From positions 23,999 to 87,998 of the forward strand of contig VGBM01000008.1 of the NCBI GenBank assembly GCA_016870485.1: a DNA stretch of 64,000 nt, read 5' to 3'. Positions within the stretch are counted from its first letter, which is position 1; each line of letters begins with the position of its first letter. This document shows, piece by piece, positions 58,167-64,000 of this stretch. The position numbers and the translations under genes are program-made. Under the pieces are notes generated by a model. That model was not told the DNA's origin, ran no database searches, and saw nothing but the letters and a program-made list of their open reading frames with translations. Origin of the DNA: Actinomycetota bacterium (lineage in GTDB: Bacteria > Actinomycetota > Thermoleophilia > Gaiellales > F1-60-MAGs149).

Positions 58167-59027
58167 ATGGCCGTGCGCGACATCGAGGTGCGGCCCGTCG
58201 GGCCCTACGACCTCGTGCGCAGCGCCCGCGCCTGCGACCGCCTGACCCGGCGGCTCGAGGACGGCGTCCTCATCACTGCCGTCGGCCGCGACGGCACGGC
58301 CCGCATCCGCCAGCGGCCCGACGACACGCTCGGGATCCGGCTCGAGGCGGACGATCTCGACGCGGCGTGGGCGCGCCTGCGCTTTGAGCTCGCCCTCGAC
58401 GACGACCCCTCGCCGCTGCTGCGCGCGCATCGCGCCGATCCGCTGCTCGGCCCGCTCCTGCGCCGCTGCCCCGGGCTGCGGCCGCTGCGGGCCGGCAGCG
58501 CGGCGCACGCGGCGCTGCGGGCCTTCACCGGGCAGCTGATCAGCTTCCGGGAGGCGCAGGCGATCGAGCGGCGCATCCTGCGGCTCGCCGCCCCCGCGGC
58601 GGGGGCGGGGTTACTCCGGTCGCCGACGGCGGCGGAGATCAGCGGGCTGGGGACCGCGCGCATCACCGGCTGCGGGCTCGCCCCCAAGCGCGCCGAGGCG
58701 ATGGTGCGGCTGCTCGGCCGCGTCGACCTCGAGCGGCTCGGCGGGCTCGACCCCGCCGCCGTCGACGTGCGGCTCCGGCGCGAGGCGCAGGTCGGGCCGT
58801 GGAGCGTGGGGGTGATCGCGCTGCAGGGCTGGGGCTGGCCCGACGCGGGCCTCGTGGGTGACCTCGGCCTGATGAAGCTGGCCGGAGCGCTCAACGGGCG
58901 CGCCCCGGAGGTCGCGGACACCGCGGCGCTGCTCGCGCCCTACGCGCCGTGGCGCGGGTTGGCGAGCATGCACCTGATGGGACACCCCCTGGCGCGGCAG
59001 CGGCGGCCCATGCGGGCCGCCGCCTGA
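58167..59027 (+). CDS. HhH-GPD DNA glycosylase (AlkA-like 3-methyladenine glycosylase II)
   Basis: ATG at 58167 in ORF 57735..59027. FTGQLISFREAQAIERRI...GCGLAPKRAEAM...VGPWSVGVIALQGWGWPDAGLVGDLGL. Confidence 0.78.
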   Translation: MAVRDIEVRPVGPYDLVRSARACDRLTRRLEDGVLITAVGRDGTARIRQRPDDTLGIRLEADDLDAAWARLRFELALDDDPSPLLRAHRADPLLGPLLRRCPGLRPLRAGSAAHAALRAFTGQLISFREAQAIERRILRLAAPAAGAGLLRSPTAAEISGLGTARITGCGLAPKRAEAMVRLLGRVDLERLGGLDPAAVDVRLRREAQVGPWSVGVIALQGWGWPDAGLVGDLGLMKLAGALNGRAPEVADTAALLAPYAPWRGLASMHLMGHPLARQRRPMRAAA

Positions 59028-59029
59028 GG

Positions 59030-59102
59030 CGCCCCCGAGACGATTTGAACGTCTGACCCCAGCCTTCGGAGGGCTGTGCTCTATCCCCTGAGCTACGGGG
59101 GC
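59030..59102 (-). tRNA. tRNA-Arg (anticodon CCG)
   Basis: Reverse complement GCCCCCGTAGCTCAGGGGATAGAGCACAGCCCTCCGAAGGCTGGGGTCAGACGTTCAAATCGTCTCGGGGGCG. The cloverleaf has anticodon loop CUCCGAA. Confidence 0.93.
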
Positions 59103-59158
59103 GGGCGCAGGGAGGATAGCGGAGGGCCCCGGGTCCCCCCTGACCTAGGGTTCCGGGC

Positions 59159-60169
59159 ATGGAGCTGCGCGCCCGGATCCAGGAGCTCGTCCTCGCCGAG
59201 CCCTTCGAGATCGCGCGCGGCGTCTCCACGCACGAGCCGACCCTCGTCGTCGAGATCGAGCACGGCGGGATCGTCGGGTTCGGGGAGGGGGCGCCCGTCG
59301 ACTACCACGGCGAGACGACCGCGGCGATGTTCGCCGAGGCCACCGGCGACGTGCCCGCGCTGATCGGCGAGGACCCGTTCGCGCTCGAGGCGACCATGCG
59401 GCGGCTGCGCTCCGAGGGCCTGATGGGCGGGACGCGGATGGCCGTCGACGGTGCGCTGCACGACTGGATCGGCAAGCGCCTGGGCCAGCCCACGTGGCGG
59501 CTGCTCGGCCTCGAGCCCGTCAGCCCGGCGACCTCGTTCACGATCGGCATCGACACCGTCGCGGGCACCGCGGACAAGGTCCGCCGCGCCCAGGACTACC
59601 GGATCCTGAAGGTCAAGGTCGGCGGTGCCGCCGACCTCGAGCGCCTCGAGGCGGTCCGCGCCGGGTTCGCCGGTCCGATCCGGATCGACGGCAACGAGGG
59701 CTGGGACCTCGACATCGCGCGCGCCATCACTCCGGACCTCCTGCGCCTCGGCATCGAGTTCGTCGAGCAGCCGTTCCATCGCGACGACCTCGACGCCTAC
59801 CGCGCCTACCGCGAGCTCGACCGCCGCCTGCCCGTCATCCTCGACGAGTCCTGCCAGGACGCGTCCGACGTGCCCGTGGCCGCGGAGCTCGCGGACGGCG
59901 TCAACATCAAGATCGCGAAGACCGGCGGCATCCGCGGTGGCTTCTCCTTGGCGCGGGCGGCGCGCGCGCACGGCCTCGACGTGATGATCGGCTGCATGAT
60001 CGAGTCCGAGCTCGGGATCGGGCAGGCCGCGCAAATCGCGTCGCTGACCGACTACGTCGATCTCGACGGCCACCTGCTGATCGAGGACGGCCCCTTCGGC
60101 GGGCTCGGCCTCGTCGACGGCGTCGTCACCGTCAGCGATCGGCCCGGGATCGGGGTGGAGGCTCGGTGA
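59159..60169 (+). CDS. Enolase-superfamily dipeptide / N-acyl amino acid epimerase (MR/MLE family)
   Basis: ILKVKVGG, IRIDGNEGW, FVEQPF, ILDES, NIKIAKTGGI, and GCMIESELG metal and acid-base motifs. Confidence 0.88.
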   Translation: MELRARIQELVLAEPFEIARGVSTHEPTLVVEIEHGGIVGFGEGAPVDYHGETTAAMFAEATGDVPALIGEDPFALEATMRRLRSEGLMGGTRMAVDGALHDWIGKRLGQPTWRLLGLEPVSPATSFTIGIDTVAGTADKVRRAQDYRILKVKVGGAADLERLEAVRAGFAGPIRIDGNEGWDLDIARAITPDLLRLGIEFVEQPFHRDDLDAYRAYRELDRRLPVILDESCQDASDVPVAAELADGVNIKIAKTGGIRGGFSLARAARAHGLDVMIGCMIESELGIGQAAQIASLTDYVDLDGHLLIEDGPFGGLGLVDGVVTVSDRPGIGVEAR

Positions 60170-61218
60170 CGGAGCGCCTCGCGATCTTCGCGGAGGGCCT
60201 CTGGGAGCGCTCCGATGCCAAGACGGGGCACGGCGTCCTGCGCTTCGGCGACCGCGACGTGGCCTGCGTGATCGACAGCAGCCGCGCCGGCGAGCGCAGC
60301 GCCGAGGTCGTGCCGTTCGCGCGGCGCGACGTCCCGATCGTCGCCGACGTCGACGCCGCGATCGCGCTCGGGGCGACGGCGATTCTGATCGGGGTGGCCC
60401 CGTCCGGCGGCCGCCTGACGCCGGCCTGGCGCGAGGCGCTCCTGCACGGGATGTCGCAGGGGCTCGACGTGGAGGCGGGCCTGCACACGCTCCTCGCCGA
60501 CGACCCCGACCTCGCGGCCGCGGCGCAGCAGTACGGCGTGCGTCTGCGCGACCTGCGCACGTCGCCGACCGATCTCGGCGTGCCGCGCTTCGACCTCTCG
60601 CGCCCGCCGGGGCTGCGCGTCGCCCACACCGTGGGGACGGACTGCGCGATCGGCAAGATGTCCACGGGGCTTGAGCTGCACCACGGGGCGCTGGCCCGCG
60701 GCGAGCGCTCCGCGTTCGTAGCGACCGGGCAGACGGGCATCGCGATCACAAGGTGGGGGATCGCCGTCGACCACGTCATCGCCGACTACATCGCCGGGGC
60801 GGCGGAGCGGCTGGTCGACATGGGCGCCGAGCACGGCGACCTGCTCTGGGTCGAGGGCCAGGGGTCGCTCTTGCACCCCGGCTACAGCGGCGTTACCCAC
60901 GGCCTCCTGCTCGGCTGCCAGCCCGACGTGCTGATCCTGCAGCACCTCGCGGGGCAGACGGTCAACGACGACTACACGACCCGGCCGATCCCGCCCCTCG
61001 CCGACGTGATCGCGCTCTACGAGGACGCGGTGCGCGCGGTCAAGGCGGCGCCGGTGGCCGCGATCGCCCTCAACACGAAGGACCTCGACGACGCGGGGGC
61101 CCAGCGCGCCATCGCCGCCGCCGAGGACGCCACCGGGCTCGTCGCGGACGACGTGGTGCGCAACGGGCCCGTGCGCGTGCTGGACGCCGTGCTGCAGCGC
61201 CTCGCGGCCGTGACGTGA
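60166..61218 (+). CDS. DUF1611 family protein (DgcN-like putative N-acetyltransferase)
   Basis: GTG at 60166 in ORF 59494..61218, with a GTGA overlap with the epimerase. AIFAEGLWERSDAKTGHGVLRF...GTDCAIGKMST...LWVEGQGSLLHPGYSGVT. Confidence 0.75.
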   Translation: MTERLAIFAEGLWERSDAKTGHGVLRFGDRDVACVIDSSRAGERSAEVVPFARRDVPIVADVDAAIALGATAILIGVAPSGGRLTPAWREALLHGMSQGLDVEAGLHTLLADDPDLAAAAQQYGVRLRDLRTSPTDLGVPRFDLSRPPGLRVAHTVGTDCAIGKMSTGLELHHGALARGERSAFVATGQTGIAITRWGIAVDHVIADYIAGAAERLVDMGAEHGDLLWVEGQGSLLHPGYSGVTHGLLLGCQPDVLILQHLAGQTVNDDYTTRPIPPLADVIALYEDAVRAVKAAPVAAIALNTKDLDDAGAQRAIAAAEDATGLVADDVVRNGPVRVLDAVLQRLAAVT

Positions 61219-61225
61219 TCGTTAC

Positions 61226-61253
61226 TTGACCCGAACGCGTGTTCGGGTAAAGT
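61226..61253 (+). promoter_or_regulatory. Sigma-70-type promoter TTGACC-16 nt-TAAAGT for the LysM gene, near-leaderless
   Basis: TTGACC at 61226-61231 and TAAAGT at 61248-61253. The ATG is at 61263, 10 nt after the -10 element, with no Shine-Dalgarno sequence. Confidence 0.6.
61232..61245. promoter_or_regulatory. LexA operator (SOS/Cheo box) 1: CGAACGCGTGTTCG
   Basis: Perfect CGAAC-N4-GTTCG palindrome that almost fills the -35/-10 spacer. Confidence 0.7.
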
Positions 61254-61255
61254 TC

Positions 61256-61269
61256 CGAACATATGTTCG
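61256..61269. promoter_or_regulatory. LexA operator (SOS/Cheo box) 2: CGAACATATGTTCG
   Basis: Perfect CGAAC-N4-GTTCG palindrome spanning the predicted transcription start. It contains the LysM ORF ATG (61263-61265). Confidence 0.7.
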
Positions 61270-61532
61270 ACGTCCGCATCATCCGCTCGCTCGGCCTCCT
61301 GCTCGCCATCCTCGCCCTCGTGATCGCCATCGGGCTGCGCACGGCGCCCGCGAGCGACGCCACCGCGCCGCCCGTGGCCTACACGGTGCAGCCCGGGGAC
61401 ACGCTCTGGGACATCGCCGACCGCACCTACGCCGGTGACCCGCGCGACCGGCTGGGGGAGATCCGGGAGCTGAACGACCTCGAGGGGGGCACACTCCAGG
61501 CCGGTCAGACCCTGCTCCTGCCCGGCGACTGA
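61263..61532 (+). CDS. Small membrane-anchored LysM domain protein (YneA/ChiZ-like)
   Basis: 89 aa. TM helix IIRSLGLLLAILALVIAIGL, then a LysM domain YTVQPGDTLWDIADRTYAGDPRDRLGEIRELNDLEGGTLQAGQTLLLP. Confidence 0.85.
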   Translation: MFDVRIIRSLGLLLAILALVIAIGLRTAPASDATAPPVAYTVQPGDTLWDIADRTYAGDPRDRLGEIRELNDLEGGTLQAGQTLLLPGD

Positions 61533-61677
61533 GCCCGCCACGACACCGCAAGATGTTGGCGTTGTGTTGCGCCGGTGAGGCCTCGAGCCGGGGCGTGTGA
61601 GGATCGTGTTAGGAGTCCGGCAGGATTCGGCTCCGGGGCTGGAAGCGGGTCGCGGGCCGCGGGATCCTGACCGGGCC

Positions 61678-62631
61678 ATGACTGCCACCGCCTCCCCCAA
61701 GCGCCCCGCGCGCACCCTCAAGGCCGTCCCCTCGGATGGCGCATTCGACGACGCCGCCCAGGCCGACGAGGTCGAGATCGACGACTCGTTCGACGACACG
61801 CCCGAGGTCGACCTCCTGTTCACCTACGTCCGCCAGATCGGCGATGGGCGCCTGCTCACCGCCGGCGAGGAGGCCGCGCTCGCCCGCCGCAAGGACCTCG
61901 GCGACGAGGCCGCCAAGCGCGAGCTCGTCGAGCGCAACCTGCGCCTCGTGATGTCGATCGCCCGGCCCTACAGCCAGGCCTCCGGCGTGCCGCTCCTCGA
62001 CCTGATCCAGGAGGGCAACGTCGGCCTGATGCGGGCCGTGGAGAAGTTCGACCACACCAAGGGCTTCAAGCTGTCCACGTACGCGACCTGGTGGATCCGC
62101 CAGGCGATCAGCCGCGCGATCGCGGACCAGGGCCGCACGATCCGCCTGCCCGTCCACGTCGTCGACAACCTCAAGCGGCTGCGCAAGGCCGATCGGCGCC
62201 TGCGCCAGGAGCTCGGTCGCCCCGCGACCCCCGAGGAGCTGTCGGAGGCCACCGGACTCGGCCTCAAGAAGGTGACCGCGCTGCTCGATATCGTCGACGA
62301 CCCGGTGTCGCTCGACGTCGGCGTCGGCGACGGCGACTCGGACATCGCCGACCTCGTCGAGGACCCGCACGCCGTGCGCCCGGACCAGCGCATCAGCGAG
62401 GGCAGCGTGACCCGCGACCTCGCGGAAGCGCTCGACCAGCTCCACGACCAGGAGCGCCGCGTCGTCGAGCTCCGCTTCGGCCTCGACGGCGAGGGCACCC
62501 GCACCCTCGACGAGGTGTCGAGCGAGCTCGGCTGCACCCGCGAGCGGGTCCGGCAGGTCGAGGGGCGGGCGCTGAGCACGCTGGCCAAGGCCAACCCCGA
62601 GCTGCGCGAGTACCTCGCCCAGACCGCCTGA
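61678..62631 (+). CDS. RNA polymerase sigma-70 factor, group 1/2 (RpoD/SigA-like, short N-terminus)
   Basis: ATG 61678 (alternative GTG 61597). Regions 1.2-2 ([22 protein letters not shown]...[37 protein letters not shown]), 3, and 4 ([39 protein letters not shown]). Confidence 0.92.
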   Translation: MTATASPKRPARTLKAVPSDGAFDDAAQADEVEIDDSFDDTPEVDLLFTYVRQIGDGRLLTAGEEAALARRKDLGDEAAKRELVERNLRLVMSIARPYSQASGVPLLDLIQEGNVGLMRAVEKFDHTKGFKLSTYATWWIRQAISRAIADQGRTIRLPVHVVDNLKRLRKADRRLRQELGRPATPEELSEATGLGLKKVTALLDIVDDPVSLDVGVGDGDSDIADLVEDPHAVRPDQRISEGSVTRDLAEALDQLHDQERRVVELRFGLDGEGTRTLDEVSSELGCTRERVRQVEGRALSTLAKANPELREYLAQTA

Positions 62632-62640
62632 GGCGGTCTG
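62620..62640 (+). terminator. Perfect 9-bp hairpin whose loop is the sigma gene stop codon (CAGACCGCC-TGA-GGCGGTCTG)
   Basis: The inverted repeat is read directly from the sequence. There is no U-tract, so a role as an intrinsic terminator is uncertain. Confidence 0.4.
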
Positions 62641-62709
62641 TGATGGGGGGCCTCACGCCCGGGACCGCCGCACCCCCGTAGAATCAGGCCCGTGACGGCT
62701 ACGGGGGGG

Positions 62710-64000
62710 ATGCGCGTCTACCGCTTCGAGGAGCCGGTCGCGGACAGCCTCGGCCCGCGCACACCCCGGAGGAAGCCCCGGCGGCGCGTGCCCTGGAGGG
62801 CCGCGCTCGGCATCCTCGCGCTGATCGGCATCGCCGTGGGCGCGGTGCTGTGGCTCGGGCGCCCCACGGACGGGCTGATCCGTGAGGGCGTGCGCATCGA
62901 CGGCGTCGACGTGGGGGGGATGACCCCCGCGGAGGCGAAGGCGGCGGTGCGGGCGCACGGCGAGGCCGTGGTCGACCGGGGCCTCGTCGTCGTCGCGGAC
63001 GGCAACCGCTTCGTGATCGACACGGCGGCCATCGACCTGCGCCCGAACGCGGGCGCCGCGGTCAAGAAGGCGCTCGGCGAGCCGGACTTCGTGGAGCGGG
63101 TGCGGATGCGCCTCGGCCTCTACGAGTCCGTCGACCTGCCGCTGACCTTCCTCTTCAAGCGCAAGCCGTACATGAAGGCGACGCTGCCGATGCGCCAGGC
63201 GGTCACGTACGCGCCGCAGTCGGCGACGGTCGCGGCGGACGGGCGCCGCTTCCCGGTCACGCCGGCGCGCGACGGCCGCGTCCCCAACATGGTCGCGCTC
63301 GGCACCGCCGTGCGCACGCTCTCGACCAGCGGTCCCGTGATCGAGGTGCCCGTCAAGCCGGTGTCCCCGGCGATCTCCACCGAGCAGGCGGAGGAGCAGG
63401 CCGCCAGGGCCCGCACCTTCGTGGCCAGGCGGCACGACGTGGACCTCAAGGGCGACGTCAACCGCGTGCCCCAGGACGTGATCCGCCGCGCCGCCGGCTT
63501 CAAGGTCGGCAAGCGCACGATAACGTTCCGGATCAGCCAGGGGCCGCTGCGGGCGTGGTTCTCGCAGCTCTACGGCTCGCGCGAGCGCGCGCCGCGCGAC
63601 GCCCGCTTCACGATCAACAAGGACGGCTTCGTGCGCATCATCGGCGGCCGCCGCGGGCGCGGGGTGGACGTCGGCGGGCTCGTCGCCGCCTGGCAGGTCG
63701 ATCCGTCCCAGACCCTGACTCCGATCACGTTCGGGCCGCGCGAGCCGGCCCTGACCACGGACGAGGCGCGCACGCTCGGCATCAAGCAGGTCGTCGGCGA
63801 GTTCTTCACGCCGTACTCGGGCGGCGCCCGCGTCACGAACATCAAGCGCGCCGCCGAGATCCTCGACCAGATGATCATCCCCGCCGGCGGCACCTTCTCG
63901 CTCAACGAGGCGCTCGGGGAGCGCACCGAGGCGCGCGGGTTCGTCGAGGCGCCGATGATCGGCGAGGGCAACGTCCTCAAGGACGCCGTCGGCGGCGGCG
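62710..64000 (+). CDS. VanW family protein (partial, 3' end beyond the window)
   Basis: The frame is open from ATG 62710 (or GTG 62692) to the window end, so it is absent from the ORF track. One TM helix ([19 protein letters not shown]). VanW domain [52 protein letters not shown]. Confidence 0.8.
   Translation, partial: MRVYRFEEPVADSLGPRTPRRKPRRRVPWRAALGILALIGIAVGAVLWLGRPTDGLIREGVRIDGVDVGGMTPAEAKAAVRAHGEAVVDRGLVVVADGNRFVIDTAAIDLRPNAGAAVKKALGEPDFVERVRMRLGLYESVDLPLTFLFKRKPYMKATLPMRQAVTYAPQSATVAADGRRFPVTPARDGRVPNMVALGTAVRTLSTSGPVIEVPVKPVSPAISTEQAEEQAARARTFVARRHDVDLKGDVNRVPQDVIRRAAGFKVGKRTITFRISQGPLRAWFSQLYGSRERAPRDARFTINKDGFVRIIGGRRGRGVDVGGLVAAWQVDPSQTLTPITFGPREPALTTDEARTLGIKQVVGEFFTPYSGGARVTNIKRAAEILDQMIIPAGGTFSLNEALGERTEARGFVEAPMIGEGNVLKDAVGGG

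Overview
Very GC-rich chromosomal segment; in real genes almost every third codon position is G/C. The gene content looks actinobacterial (F420-type LLM oxidoreductase, argCJBD, class II RNR, short or absent leaders). A deep-branching lineage such as Thermoleophilia is only a guess. The window is almost entirely core housekeeping. I call about 70 CDS, 2 tRNAs (Gly-UCC, Arg-CCG) and 2 decayed genes. I saw no rRNA, CRISPR array, transposase, integrase or prophage genes. Left to right: BolA and monothiol Grx; Crp/Fnr and PfkB kinase; thrS-infC-rpmI-rplT-trmH; a minus-strand his operon (TrpR-like regulator, hisG, hisC-hisB fusion, hisH, hisF, hisIE, SAM methyltransferase) with hisA divergent; an AT-richer structured leader plus an NlpC/P60 hydrolase; nrdJ; prsW; upp; an amine oxidase region with a broken NCS1 permease; an ECF sigma; maf-mreB; argCJBD; gcvTH; nfo; gltX; sirC/hemW-hrcA-dnaJ; a prmA remnant, an inserted sulfatase and rsmE; yqeY-phoH-ybeY; a dipeptide epimerase plus DUF1611 pair; a LysM mini-protein; a sigma-70 gene; and a VanW-like gene cut by the window end. 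Many gene junctions overlap by 1-4 nt (ATGA/GTGA), which suggests translational coupling. The most interesting signals: (1) two perfect LexA-type CGAAC-N4-GTTCG boxes inside a near-leaderless promoter for a TM+LysM mini-protein resembling YneA/ChiZ; (2) an 18-bp perfect palindrome centred exactly between the start codons of a YerC/TrpR-like regulator (first gene of the his operon) and divergent hisA; (3) a single-ORF HisC-HisB fusion; (4) IF3 with a 186-aa acidic then Lys/Ala/Pro-rich tail containing a 66-nt tandem repeat; (5) a 318-nt structured leader upstream of the NlpC/P60 gene; (6) decay of prmA next to a sulfatase inserted into the conserved dnaJ-prmA-rsmE cluster. All calls come from reading the sequence and translations by eye. 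No database search was run.
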